From positions 1-64,000 of the forward strand of contig RHPI01001116.1 of the NCBI GenBank assembly GCA_009103225.1: a DNA stretch of 64,000 bases, read 5' to 3'. The DNA comes from Chlorokybus atmophyticus (taxonomy: Eukaryota; Plantae; Mesostigma and Chlorokybus algae). Of the stretch, positions 36,457-50,519 are shown piece after piece; position 1 is the stretch's first letter; the number at the start of each line of letters is the position of its first letter. The notes below the pieces were generated by a model. It worked only from the letters and a program-made list of their open reading frames with translations, ran no database searches and was not told the origin of the DNA. A program made the position numbers and the translations under genes.

Positions 36457-39400
36457 ATGGAGGTTGCAGACACTTCAGCTGCCACGGACGTGCCTAACAT
36501 TAGAGTGATCAGCGGGCCGAGCAGCACCCAGCACAAAAGACGCAGCTCTCGGTACAGCTTTCGTCACCGTAGTGGTGCACATGAGACTGATCAGCCCGGT
36601 AAGTAACTTGGTGAGCTTTGTGAGCAAACATATGGTGACTGTCCACGGGTTTCCAGGTCCCGTATGTGGCCTTGAAGCTTCAACATCAACAGCATCAACC
36701 AGCGAGTCTTTTCAGACTTACAGAGAATGCTGGAACAGTTTCCAGCAAAGGATTCAGGTGTGCTTGCTTCGTACTGTTACGCAAATCTGTTCAGCTGCGA
36801 CTATGCCATCACTGTGGTATGCTTGAAGTGAGTTCACGCACGTGTTGTTGCAGGCTGTTTTTGCTGAATCCAACACTGCAGACTACGATAGCATAACTGA
36901 GTTCGTGAGCAACCGCTACGCAGAGCGACAGCGGACAATGGTCCATGCTCAGCATTTCAAGGACTCAAAAGCGTTGAAACGGGTGTCAACGGCTCTTGTC
37001 TTCACAGGTAGTTGTACTGCCCTGCCGGTCCATACTTGCAGGCAGCCTCTTTCAACTGTGATGCACCTCACAAACCACTTGCACATGGGTGCTGCAGGCG
37101 GCACTACCGCAGGCGACGGTAACATGTTTGAAGACCTCACCCAGCGTCTTCACCAGCACCACCATACGGCTCTGCTAAGACCGGAACATGCTGGGAGCAC
37201 TGGTGCAGTAATGGCTGCCTTGCTCGAGCAGCTGCATTGCCACGATAATCAGGTTGGTGTCGAGCCAAGAAGCATTTCCTACCTGGTTTCCTTCCAGCAA
37301 CATGTGCTGTATCGTCACTTGCATGCCTGCAAGACCAAACACAGCCGGTTGTTTTTGATGCGGACCTAAACATGTCAACTGCGTAATGAAACTTTTGCAG
37401 ATGTCACGGTATGAAACGCTGCAAAACTGGTACGCACACCTCGCAGCACCAGCTAAGACAGGAGCTGTGGTCATTATTGTACAAGCCACGGACTGCTTTG
37501 AGCGCTCTGTGTTAGACAACCTGCTAGCCTTGCTTGGGTAAGGTGTTTATCATGCAACTGCCGTGTCCTAAAGATGTTCCCCCCTCATTCATATATGATG
37601 CACTGCGGCAGCGAGCATGCAGATGTGATACCCTTCGTATTGATCCTGGGCGTGTCAACGACTGATTCCACCCTTCGACGTCAGATATCAGGGGCAACCG
37701 CCGCCTACTTGGATTGCAAGCGCTTCGATATACTCCCAGCCAGCTCACGCCTCAACACCCTTGTCAAGAAGGTCAGACCATGTTGGTGCATACACATTGC
37801 ATGCAGGCACTGTGCAGACAATGCCGATGTCCCATTGTTCGGTGATGGTAATTGCTTGATTGAGGCCTCTGTGATGCTACCTTGTGTTCCCAGGTGTTCT
37901 TGCAATCACCGGAAAGCTGTAGAAGTTGGCCAGTCTTGGGCCACGAGGCGGCAGCAGCCATGTTTAAATTGTTCAAGCAACATGACAGCACGCTTCACGC
38001 TGTCATGTCTGCACTGCATGTAAGGCCTCTGTTGTTTGGCGCCGTCTGATGGGTGTACAAAGCAACATGCTTCTTGTGCCGCTGCAGGTGTCTCTAGTAG
38101 AGCATTTCTATAACAACGCTCTCGGCTGCGTCTACTGTAGTCCACAGCATCACACGCAGGTGCGTCATTCACACCTTGCAGCCAGCAGCAGGCTGATAGT
38201 TGGCTACTGCAATGATGATACGGTGCAAGCTGCTTTGTGGTCGTGGTGTGCCATTCTGCTTGTTCTAACAAAGCTATCAAGCACAGTCTGCTCTGCAACC
38301 GCAGGAACATGCGCAGCGCACATGTGACACTCTTCCCAATGCTTCACTTGACATTGCGGCTTCTTTGCCATCCGCCGCAAACAAATCAAGGTAGAGCACA
38401 GAGTCGAAGGACGCATGTGTAAGTGCACATTGCACAAGTCCGTGTTGGGTGTGCTTGCATTGGGTATGCTTTCTTGCCGGTGGTGCTGTCATAGTGCACA
38501 AACAGATACCAACAGCACCAGCTGCTCATTGTGTCCAGCATTCCGGAGTCACAAGGTGCTGATAGATGGCGTGCAATACGGTCAGAGCTTGCCCTTGGAC
38601 TGCAACTTCTGCATGAACGCCACAAGACATGGTGTACAGCTGTACTGGTAAGTGTTGGCACACGTGCATTGGCAGGTGCTAAGAGCGTCAGTAGCGTTGT
38701 ATCAACTTGTGATCTGTAGCCTTCAGTGAGCCAGTGCAAGCACACAACTTTTTGTCTCCTGTTTGATGTTGCAGCGCTTGTGGGATCTGGCAGAAAGGGC
38801 GCCCAAGCACGCTAATATGTCATCACTTACCGAAGTGTACATCAGCTTTCTGGACTCAACTTTCTTGACCAGTGTCAAGTGCGAAGCCTTCTTGCGGCAT
38901 CTCCAGATCGCACTGGGGTAAGCATTGGTTGATGGCGCTTGACCGGCACCAGGCGCTGGTTGTGTAACATGGGCGTCGCACATGTAGCCAGCACAAAAGC
39001 GAAGTGTGGGAACAGCTGCTGCAGCAATGGGTGCTTGCGTTGGACTTCAGTGAAGAGCTGACAACTGGAGAGCAGCAGGTGCTTGGCAATGCTCGCGGCA
39101 CATGGTATTGCGCTATGTTTGCTTGCCTCCTTGAACACAAACTCACAATGTCAAGTTGTCACAACCTACAGCTTCGGACAACAGCCATTGCAGCAACACG
39201 TGCCCTGCAAGACGCAAAGGCTGCAGACTCGCAGACGGGTCCAACAACAACTGTCGTACCTGCAACCGCTGGCACTTGGAGAAACAATCGAGAGCGCAGG
39301 TGACCAACAAGTGGTCTGCGTGACTTGTTGCATGGGTGGTTGTCATGTGCATCCACATGCATCGCTATGGCTGTCATCAGCAATGCATCATGCTGCAGAG

Positions 39401-40583
39401 CTCTCTTGATGACGGCAATCAAGCCCAAGTCTCAAGTTGCTAAAGTGGCGGAGGAAGTTGCAGCCTCATTAATCACTGCACTACGGTATGCATAGCGTAT
39501 TGATGTTTGCTGTGCATGCCTCCTGTAGTGTGCACTGCGTGTGCCTTGCTTCACCAGCGTGCATGCAGAGCCCAACTGGCACCCGTGGAGTCACTTCCCT
39601 TCCATGAGGTGTACACTCTGAAGACAGCGGGAGCCATCAAAGCGGTGAGCACAGCATGCATGGTCAATACAATATGTCCTAACAGCGTGCTGGTAATCTC
39701 CACTGCAAAGCTTGTGGCGCTATGCAAACAAGCTGCGGTGCAAGTGACCTGCACAACTTGTGACCTTGACGGTTTACCGAGGATGGTACGCATTGCTTAC
39801 TTGAATGTTCTGCAGGCACTCAATGGATCGCATCGCACCGCCCTGCAAAGAGAATTGGCAGCTCCACAGAAAGCTCTAAACTGCCATTGCTGTGGTCGGG
39901 AAGCATTCGGTCCAACATCAGACGACACATGTGCAGCGTACGTAGGCATCCGCATACACTTCATGTCTTGGACATCTTGCATTTATCAACTGACATTGCA
40001 GAGCGCACAGGTACGGCTTACTGCAGCAGAGCCCTGAGTTTGTGGACATCTCCTATTGGTATCGCTCCTTTTGCAATCTGTGCGGATCTGCTAAACCCAA
40101 CGCGGCTGGAAAGGCCCCTTTTGCAGAGGATGGATCGCCTGAAGATGCTGCAGTTCTTACAGGTATGAACTAATATATGTCGCTCTGTCATCCTCTGCGA
40201 TAACCTTAGCTGCATTCTTGTTACTATAAGCAGCATGCAATCAGGCAGACTGCGTACCTGTGTGTCCCGCGCACATGTATGGGACCAACCCAGTTCATAA
40301 TGACTCTATGCGTGGATGTGTAGGTGAAGTGAACCTTGGACCTCCCAAGCGCGGCAGGAAGCGTAAAGCTGCATTGCAAGATAATGGGATCGAGCAGCTG
40401 AGTGTGCTGAACTCAGCCGCCATGCAGGCCCGGTTCTTCCGTGCTACCTCAGACCTGCATTTTGTGGGGCTCTTTGAAGAGAGCACACGGCGCAGAGGCA
40501 ACGCTCAGCGACTTGTGTTTGATGTGGTGTCTGAGCGCCAGTCGGGATCGATATCGCGAACTTGTGAGCAAAATGAGGTGTAG
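36457..40583 (+). CDS. ORC3: Origin recognition complex subunit 3 (multi-exon)
   Basis: FQTYRECWNSFQQRIQ; VSTALVFT|GGTTAGDGNMFEDL; VVIIVQATDCFERSVLDNLL; IPFVLILGVST; SLVEHFYNNAL; C-terminal winged-helix ARFFRATSDLHFVGLF...AQRLVF. Confidence 0.85.
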
Positions 40584-41287
40584 GTGTCTGGACAAGACCG
40601 TACATGTACACAGGCAACCTCTCATTGGTCACTGGCGTGATTGGCATGATTGCCCAAACCTGTCACCGTTATGTCACTGATGTCACTGCTGTTAGCATAC
40701 ACGGAGGTTTCGCATTAGCGACACCGCATGGCACTGCGGAAGTACGTGTGCACACGTGTTGCTTCTGCGTGCCGTGTGTATTTGATCACATCACAGTACG
40801 ATACCTGTACATCAAGCTGCAGAATCAAGAGTAATCAATAATCAAGCGTGCCTAAGTAACTGGGTCATTGGTATGACCTGTGAGCGTATACATTGCATCA
40901 GTATTTTAGCGCATGCTAAGCATGTTCTTGATATATGCTATACATGGAGCCACGCAACAGTTGCCGTTAACGACAACCAACCATGGTTAGTGGCTATTGT
41001 TTTGGTACTTTCCGTCACTTTCTTTGAGATCTGAGTTGACCGTGCAGCAGGGACACTGGTCTCGGACTCAGACATTAGATATTGTGTGTGTCCACCAGAA
41101 ACCTACCATTCTACTACGACACAAGCATGCTCAAATCTACACATAACCCCCATCAATGATAGCATTAGGGTAGCAACCCATTTGCATAACCACAATATGT
41201 GTGTAATGTGTGAGTGTCTCAACAGACTCTGCACGCGCGCGCACCCACCCACACACACACGCACAGGTTGGACCACACAAAGGACAC

Positions 41288-42290
41288 GTACTTGTTGTCA
41301 GGGACTTCGAGGGTCTGTTCGTTGGTGAGGTTTGAGATGGATTCGGACAGGTCAGTGATGTGGAGGTCAGAGCTGGTGGAGATTGCGGAGGTCCTCGAGG
41401 GCAGCTGGAAGGGTGGCCAGGCTGCAGTGGGAAGGAAGCTGCAGTGGGAAAACCTCCAACATCTGCACGTGGAGGAGGCGGAGGAGGGCCGCCTATACTG
41501 AGGGAAAGCATTGTTGTCCAGCACAGTCAGGGCGCTCAGCCGGTCGTTTACTTCTCAGGTCCTGAGCATGTGGGATGTCACATGCACGCACGCATGCGCG
41601 CATGTGCGTGTGTACATGCGCACGCGCACACACACGGGTGCGCACACTTCTGCAGAGACACATGTGGGCCTAAGCACGCGAACACACTTACTGTGCGTTT
41701 GTTGCGGGGGAGGTTGAGGCGCATCAGGTTGCCCTCATGTGTAGTTGAGGCGGTACGCACCCGTTCCCCGACAGATTCAACTTTCCCACCAGTATTCCCA
41801 CAAACGCCGCTTGCGTAGGAAACTGACTGTGCCTCTGCACGCTGTCGACGCTGACCAAATTAGCCAATTAGCATTTGCACACATTAGTTCCTTTGAACCA
41901 CACAAGCGCACGCGCAGGCGCACAGACATGCGGACACAAGCACGCAAGCAAAACATATTGACACACGCACATACACATGCGCAACCGCACGTACCAGCGC
42001 ATGTGCACGCACTTGCACTCGCACTCACATTCATCCTCTCTCGATGAAGTTTGGGCGACAGCCGCGCGAGTCTCATTTATAGTTTGTTTGAGTGTGGTGA
42101 AGAGGACACTTGCGTTGGTGCTGAGGTTCGGGTCCTTGATGTCCGTTAGGGCCCAGGCGATATGGCAAATCCGTCAAACCGTGACATGAGAGATTGATAG
42201 GCACAGTGCAACGGTGGTAGAAACGCCACATCAACAGATTGAACAACACACTCTCAAGGACCCAATCTTCTCTGGAATACTGCAAGCTGA
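41288..42290 (-). pseudogene. Possible decayed LRR-containing gene
   Basis: Exon-like fragments IPEKIGSL, ALTDIKDPNLS, NLMRLNLPRNKRT and DLSESISNLTNEQTLEVPDN resemble plant-type LRR motifs; stops intervene. Confidence 0.3.
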
Positions 42291-43075
42291 GAGATATGAG
42301 CAGAGTGAGTACTTGTGCGCACTGAGCAGATGGGACACGACTGCAGGCATGCACGCACGCGCACATGCACACGCATGCATGCATGGACACACAAGTATGC
42401 AAACACGCGCACACCCACGCGCACGTGGGTGCGTGTATGCGCGCATGTGAATGGGTGTGTGCGTATGTAAGCGTACTTCCATATCAGTTTATAAGGCCAG
42501 GCTCGTGCGCGCGCAACCTGTATGTGCGCGTGTGCGTATGTAAGCATGTGCGTGTGTACACAAATACTACCCATCTCTGTGCAATAGGACACCCTTGAAC
42601 TCACCTGCCACCGAACTCACTGCCCAGCATGCATTGCAGCAGGCTGTGCAAAACCGCACAGTCCTGCGGTGTTGCCAGCAGGCTTGGGCTGGTGTCACGC
42701 CATTGTTTATGCTCGCATGAATAGCCTGCAGGAGATGATGACACACGCGCATTTGCGCGGAGATGTAGGCTTGCATCAAGTGAATGCGCGAACACACGCA
42801 ATAATAAGCAATTAAATGGCAAGGTATCTCACGGCACACAGCTGGAACACTTACTGCAAGCTGAGTGTGAGACATCGACAATGCTACCATCATGTGTCAC
42901 CAAGTAAAGCTGCCATGCCTCCCATAACCCATCACATACGTATGCAGCAACAATAAGCTATACGCTACACATGGACACATCCGTGCGCAACAATGAGACT
43001 ATCCCTAACCCATAAGCTATCAATTGAATGGCTACAAACTAAAGTATACTGCTGCCTCTCAGCTGCAGCACTGAT

Positions 43076-46000
43076 CTAGCCTTGCCGGGCCTTCTTCCTG
43101 GTGCGCGGCTTGTGAGCATCGTCCTCACTTTCACTGTGATGCGTAATGTCTTCATCTTCGCTCTCATGCTCCTTCTCAGCATCGCCGTTGCCCTTGTACG
43201 CATCATTGGCGGCCCTCAGGGCTTCTTGCAATCCTTCCGGCTCACGATGCTCGCGTGCAGCCTGCCATTGCTTTGCATCAGCACACTTACACAACTGCAT
43301 ACATGCTGCTTGAGATCCTGCTAGCAACACCTTATATGCTTCTGCCATGACGCCCATGTTGTGTTTCATGGCGGCCTTGTGGTCCACAACGGGGGCGGGG
43401 TAGTCCTTGCCGATTATGCAGTTGGCTTTCTTCTGCACCTCAAGCGGGGCCGTCCACGGCTCATAGATATACGCACTGGGCATGTCGCACAGAGCCGGGA
43501 TGTACTTGCGGATGAACTTCCCGCCCTGGGCAGCAAAGAGAGAACTGCTTTGGCAAACAGATGGTGGCCCAACACCACGTGCACAAGTAACAAGGCGAAC
43601 ACACACTAGCAATGCCATATTGCAGCCACGAAAGTAGCACACCTTGTCGTATTTGCGCCCGAATGAGATGGGAGAGTAGACTCGTTGGAACTGGTGAAAG
43701 AAGGCGCTGGCGCTAAGCCATAGCCAATTGCCGTTGTTGATGCTCCAGTCGGCATCAAGCAAGTAGTGTTCAAACACGTCCCTCCCTAGCTCCCAGCTAA
43801 TCAACAGGTCCCCTCTGGTGAGGAAGCACGCCACGGCATGGCGCGCGAGATGATGCATCCAGCCTTCCGTCTTCAACTGTATCATGATGGCATCTATCCA
43901 AGGGTAGCCTGCGTGCAAGTTGAAGCAGTATTAGTAACTGAATATCAAACATGCTTCACTAGCTTGCAGGTCACCTGTTCGGCCTTCAGCCCATAGGTTG
44001 CTGAGACTCTTGTCATAGTTCCAAGGCACCTGCAGCAGAGCTTACTTTCGTTCTTTCTTGTCAACTGAACGTGCATGCAATCTACATTGATTACATTGGG
44101 AAGCAGCGTGAAGCGTATGTGTATATACGTGCAAATGTGTATAAAATGCAGATGACTTGCTGGAGTGGATGTGTGGCAGGCCTGGTCACCTGTTTGCACA
44201 GGGCATTGCCCTCCATGGCGTCAAAATGCTTCGTGTTATAACCAACAGTGTAGAAGAACTCCCGCCAGTAGAGCTGCCCAAGAAGAGACACTGGGGGCTG
44301 AGTCGTGCGCGGCCCAATGGCACGAAGTTTGATGTAGAAAAGGCGCGCAGAGACACACCTGCACGCCAGGCACCCCCCGCACTGTTAGAGACAGTCAACG
44401 TGCGCTAGACAGCAATATATCAGTGTCGCACAGTGGTATTGGTAATACTCTGCAAGTGAGCGCGCGGATGTGCAACGCTCAAGTGCTTGTGCATGTGTGT
44501 GCATCCGTGCATGTGTGTGCCTGCATGTGCGCGCCTGTGCGAATGTGCCCTCGCGTAAGCACATAAGATCAATGACTGAACCACTTTCGTTGCTAGCCAC
44601 CCTAACAATCAGTTGAAAATCTCCAACATGCAAACACATACAGCGCGTGGGACAAGGACATAAGGTACGGGCACAAGTGGGCCTCACCCAAACATAAGGT
44701 AAGGCGAAAGCACAGTTGTCCCCGGCGGTTCAAAGGCACTCGGATCCGTCTTAGGCTTCTCAAACTTGGCGACCCACTCTTTCTTGCTCATGTACTCGTC
44801 CAGCCTTAGCAACCCCTCAACCTCGCCCCCGGGAACTCTGCACGGCCCCAACTCCTCATGACCAAACTCGGTCACCGACGAGGGCGGCTCAGTCTGTTCC
44901 AAAGCAAAGGCACCCAAGGGACCCATCGCAGGGAGCTTGCCTAAACAGAAAAATGTCGAATGCTACAAGGGTATGCGCGCACACATGTGTGTGTATGAAT
45001 GCCTGTGCGCGTGCATGCGTGTGCCTGTGCATGTGTGTGTGTGCGTGTATGAGTGCCTGCATGTGCGTGTGTGGGTGTTAAACACAGTGTTAGTGATCAA
45101 TTGCTCTTGGATCTTTGTGCTAACCTGGGGCTGCCAGGGGCTCAGGAGGCGGGCCCATACGCGCGAGCATCTTCACGAAAGGGCCATATGATGCTGGTGC
45201 CTTGCCACCCGCCTGTGCAAACAAGATGGCAACTGATGACACCAGTTGCAAGCACGACAGTTGGTTCAATACCAACATATTGTGGCAATCACTCTGCTGC
45301 GTGTATGTACCGCTGCAATGGTGTCATCTGGATTGTAAAGCAAACAGCTGTCTTTCGCAACCACTTGCACGCCCTTTTTCTCCGCTATGTCCTGCGAGAC
45401 GAGTGTGAAGGATGTTCCACACTGTGCTGTGCTTACTGTGCAGCACACCAAGCAGCAACCCCAACATGATTACCATGCCTGTATGTGCTGGTCGCGCTCC
45501 CGCGCATGCGGCTCGTACGCCCTCTCGTAGCAGAGCTTTTTCACCTTCCACTCATCAAACACTCGTGGGAACACCTGATATTGGAAAGCAACAAACTCAT
45601 TCGCCTTCAGTATGGCAGATGTGCAAGCAGCAATGACAACGAGTACCTCGCGGGGGTTGCCACGTAGTACGACCAAGCGTGTCCCATGCGCGCGAAGGGA
45701 CTTGTCCAAATCTTGTAACGACTGAAACAGGAAGCGCAGTCGAGTCGGCCCACACCGAGCGCCTGGCTTGCATCTAGTCATAACAGGAGAAAGGGTTGAG
45801 AACTCTGGGTGAGTGCTGCTGTTGCTATTAAGCAGAACACGCTCAGGTGTATGCAAGCACCATGACCACTGCTTCTTGCATTGCACAAGGTGCTTCAGCT
45901 GCAGCATGTGATGTGATGCATTGTTTGATTCCGTCAACAAGCAAGGGGATTTGCTTTCGTAAGCAACGAACTCCGTTGCAAGGCAAGACCAGCCTTTAAA

Positions 46001-46274
46001 AGCACACTTTTCCGCGCCACGCGTCCAACTCTGGCTTCGTAAAACATTCAAGAAATAACAACAACGCAAACAAGTCAACAAAGAAAGTAACAGTAGCGCA
46101 AGGCTCAGCTGGCTTGCTGCCATGCAAGCTCCACCTGGACGGGTCCAGCACAAAGACCGGGTACAGCGGGCCTCCATCCTGCGCTGCCGCCAGCAGCGCC
46201 GGATTGTCGTGCAGCCTCAGACCACGCCTGAACCAGAACACCACTGCCGCCGTCGCCCCCGCCGTCGCCGACAT
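43076..46274 (-). CDS. UVR3: (6-4) photolyase / animal-like cryptochrome family protein
   Basis: [15 protein letters not shown]; [13 protein letters not shown]; [14 protein letters not shown]; [12 protein letters not shown]; [35 protein letters not shown]; [17 protein letters not shown]; IYEPWTAP...IGKDYPAP. Confidence 0.93.
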
Positions 46275-46501
46275 CGCCACGGAGGCACTCTCCACGCACA
46301 ATGCCGCACACAAGCAGTGTGCTGATGTGGCCTTCTGTGTGGCGCCAAAAACTTGCAGCCAAGGCTTTCCGCTGAGGTTCCGTGAGTGAAGCTCACAAGA
46401 AGCCGAGAAGCAGCTATGTTGAAGCCAAGCTTCGTAGCGTCAACTTGCCGCTTCTAGCTGACATCAGTGAGCTTGCCACGTGGCGGATTGCGGCAGGCGT
46501 C

Positions 46502-49500
46502 ATGGGGGCCGGCGACGGCGAGGAGGAGCAGGAAGAGGAGGTTGAATGGGACAAGCAAGACTACGAAGCGAGTTGTCAGTGTTGAGTGGAGTTGCTCGGA
46601 GCAGGCACAGCGACAGCCATGCAACTGGATCAGAGGTGCACATGAGTTTCGTGTGTGCTTGCCACGACATGGTCAAGCATGCAATACGCAGCAGCTAGTC
46701 ACTCACTGTCACAATGTTGCTGTATCGAATGCGTATGCTGGCCAAGCTTGCCACACTGTGCGTGCACAAAAGTAAGCTTGATTGGTCATGCTTAGTCCAG
46801 CGCAAGCGAACTTAAGCAGCATGCTCCTGTTTTCCTATACCCTACCAATGATATATTTTGCCCTCAAGATGACGTGTGTTTTAATGCGATAGCGGCTAGG
46901 CAAAACATGCCAAGGAGATTGAGGCTGCGGTTGGCAGACATCCTATGTGCTGGCCACATGCAGTGGGCAATACCGTCATTAGCACACTTTGCCTGCGAAT
47001 GGCATTGCAGCAGCAACTTAGAGTCGTCCGTAGCTGCTCACAGATGTTCGTTACCAGATATGGCAGCGGTTTCAGCGAGACCAATGTAACCAAGTTCGGT
47101 CTGTCGGCACGGGGCTCCAACAACCATACGGGGTACAAGTTTAGCCAAGACGTGATCTGGGTAAGGCTGGGGTGTCTAGTTGTACTGCAACATTTGTAGG
47201 TTGTTTGCTCTGCAGTCATGCTTGTGTTGGCCCATCTCCACATAGCATTCATGCAAGAAACATGTCCTCATCACCAATGGTTGATGTTGAACAGGTGCGT
47301 GAGGATGCTGGTAAAGTTGACATATGGTAAGTGACATCGTGACGGTTGCAACGTGTGAGAGGGTCTGATCGGCTTGTGTGAGATTGCTTCATTGCTCCGT
47401 GACAGGGTCGAGCGTCTGGACACCAGTGCCTGTGCCAGCATATCTTACCACACCGAGGATGGTCCAAGAGGCAGGTATATGCAACCTGGTGGTATTCAGC
47501 TGTTTGCTAGCGCTCGTGCAGCTCTCATGAACTGCTGTAGCAGCGCACTAGCAGCTTGCAACACAAGTAACCAAAAGGTACGGTGCATTGCAGGGAAGGC
47601 ATCAACTATATTGCAGCAAGTGGTCGCCTTACTTTCGAACCAGGAGAGGTAGTCTTGCGCACTTCTCAGGAACTGCATTAGCATGAATGCATTAAAGCAC
47701 GCATGCGTGCATGCGCACATGCTTGCAAGCATGTGCATGCGGTTGCGACTGCTTTGTTAGTAAACACGGCTTAGCACAGTAGGCCCAATCAAGTGCTGTT
47801 GCAGCACTGCGCATTCATCTATCCATTCATCCCATTCCTCTATCCACGCCAACAGTGTGTAATGGTCAGGCCAGGAAGGAAATAACCGTACACGTTGTAC
47901 CTGATGACATAAACTACACGCGGGCACGCTTTCATGTGCGTCTCAATGACGACAGTGGCCAGCTGCTTGCCAGTGCCACGGTGTTTGTGCACGACTCCAT
48001 CTCACGAACAGTTGCGGCAGTGTCATTTATCTATGACTCACGCATATTCCAGGTACACAGACTGCGCATGCTTGCAAATGTTGTTGAGCTTCGCTCTGCA
48101 CGTTTACAGCACATCCTGGCTTTGCTCTTATCAAGCTTGCTGACAGACCTTCTTAGGCGCAGCCATCGTGTTCAGCATTCTGATGCCGCCACTCCAGCTG
48201 CTGTACGTCTCAAAGTCACATGACAGCAATCTGCAGGTGCAGTAGCATTGGTGTGCGCACTTGCTTTTTGATATGAGTGGAGTGATTGCTTCGCTGTAAC
48301 TGCTGGTGGTACGTGCAGGTGGCTTACACATTCCTCTTTGGGCTCTTCCTGCTTGACATGCTCTTGCACAGGTATAAAATGTCGCACAGTGGTGTGGTCT
48401 CAATCCCCTCAAGTGCTATTGATCACAGCGCGTCCTGGCCTGCAGTTGGGCTCGCTGGCCACTGGGCTACCTGTTTACAACAGGCTTTGGAATGGACTTG
48501 TTGCATTTGGCTGGTGTTGTGACTCTTCTCGACTGGTTGGTAGCACCTATCCGAGAGGATCGTGTCTCTATGCCGCTGGACAGCATATACCTTTGGGAAG
48601 AAAGGCGCTTCATGTGGGGTCAGGTTTGTTTAGAGCTGCGTCGGGCAGTCCATGCCGGCTCTGCTAAACATCTCGTGCACAACAGGTGGCACGCACAATG
48701 AAGATCACACTGTTAATGGCGCAGTTCAGCGACCTGACTTTTCATCTGGTGTGCACTATGTTTTTGCACACATTATTGCGCCACAGTCCTTGTCCATCCT
48801 GTGACGTGGTTTGTGTCTGTGCAGGCGCAATGGGTGATTCTGCAGAAGAAACGCGCGCGCGTCGCGACTCAGTCTGCTATACAAAATACGCGGTCCAGAG
48901 TAAAAGCGTTGCGACTGCACTATGGTCCACAGTCACTGCGCTGGTTATTCCTTAGCGACAGGCAAGCACCTAGCTCAAATGAGGACAGAATGGTCGTCAT
49001 CAGCGAGGAGCGTCAATTGCTTGCACAGCCTACTCGAGTAAGCTTTTGCCAAAGCCAGATGGTGGTTGCCTTGCCCAATACAGATTCTCAACTCTTTGCA
49101 GGTGTTATTGTTGCTTGTAGAGAGCATCGTATCACAAGTTGTGCGGCTGGTGACTCTGGTGGCCGTCGTTGTGGTTATTGTGACCCTACCTCCGACTCGC
49201 TTGCAAGACCGAGGCCTTCTCGTGCTTGCCACAGCTGCCAGCTTAAACACTACGAGTGCCTCACTAGTTGGTCAACTGGCTGGTTCTTCATACGCCGCCC
49301 TTCCATTCGCAGGTATACCCCAGCTGTGCTACTCCATCCTCCCTTCATTGTTGGCGTGTAGTTCCAGGTCTGATACTGAGAACCGTGCAGATGACGACAA
49401 TTTTGTGTCATTCAACAGTCGCACAACTGACCTGGTGTTCCTTAAAGTCGATGGAAGACAGGTTGATAACTTTACTGACTATGCTCGCCTAGCAACTCTG

Positions 49501-50255
49501 CGACCGTGGTTTGAAATAAGGGCGTATGGCTACAATACAACCTCTTCAGGCTTTGCACGGTACTTCGCTGCTGACATATCCAAAAGCTTACTCTCTGGTC
49601 ATTGGGTTCAAGAAGTTTTGTTTGTGCTTGTCTCTGGCAATACTGCCTGTAGCATGTTTGACATGCCATCGCTTGATTGTATACATTCAGCGGGCTGATG
49701 AATGCATGCGGGCAGCTGCAACGTCACCATCAGTAAAGGGATTGTCGCATCTGTGGAGGATGACTGCGACAGCGCTTCCATTTACGACGCAACAAGGCTC
49801 ATCCACGATCTGGCCCAGCGGTTCCTGTTGCTCGCAGTCTTGCTCATCGGTCTTTCATTGCTTGGTATATTTTTTCTGTTGTTGGACGTGCTCGCAAGCC
49901 GCGTAAGCCCTCTTTTGCTTCTCCTCTCGCACGCGCGGATGCTGCGAGCAGCCATTGAAGACATGCTCGATGAATGGAAGAAGTTCATACAGGAGCAGGA
50001 TGCCTGTGAAGATCAGCATATGTCAACGGTATGGACATCTGCTGCGTGCACGGATACCATTCGTGCAGGCATTTGACATTGTCCATTCTTGTGCAGGATG
50101 CTGCAGATGGTGAAGGTCATAACTCACCAGCCGCTGACATTGCGGATGCTGAGTCTTCCATTTTCAGCGTGCGCAACGCGCCAACAAGCTCGCGTCAAGT
50201 GATTGAAGCCACTGGCGGAGCGGACCGGAGCCAGCTGGTGAACCATGTGGCTTAG
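46502..50255 (+). CDS. Unidentified multi-exon, probably membrane protein (may be more than one gene); boundaries approximate
   Basis: Protein-like exons at 47860-48050, 48820-49030, 49100-49610 and 49710-50025, including hydrophobic stretches (RFLLLAVLLIGLSLLGIFFLLLDVL). No family recognised. Confidence 0.4.
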
Positions 50256-50519
50256 TGAGAAGTTTTTTCAATTGTGTTGCATGTGTGCTGAGTGACCTAT
50301 GCCAGGCTCTTGCAAGGTGGCGGCTTGCAACCAGGGCAGCGCTGCGCTCAAAATCGACATTCAATGCTGTAAGGTTTCTGCAGCTTCTTCAAGCACGCTA
50401 CGAGATCATAGCAGGGCGCCCGCTGCGTCTTCTTATTGCAACCCTTCAGGTACTGCCGATGAACGTGCTTGCAGTATTTGTTACATGCTTGCTGGTATCA
50501 CCACTGGCACGTGGTGATC

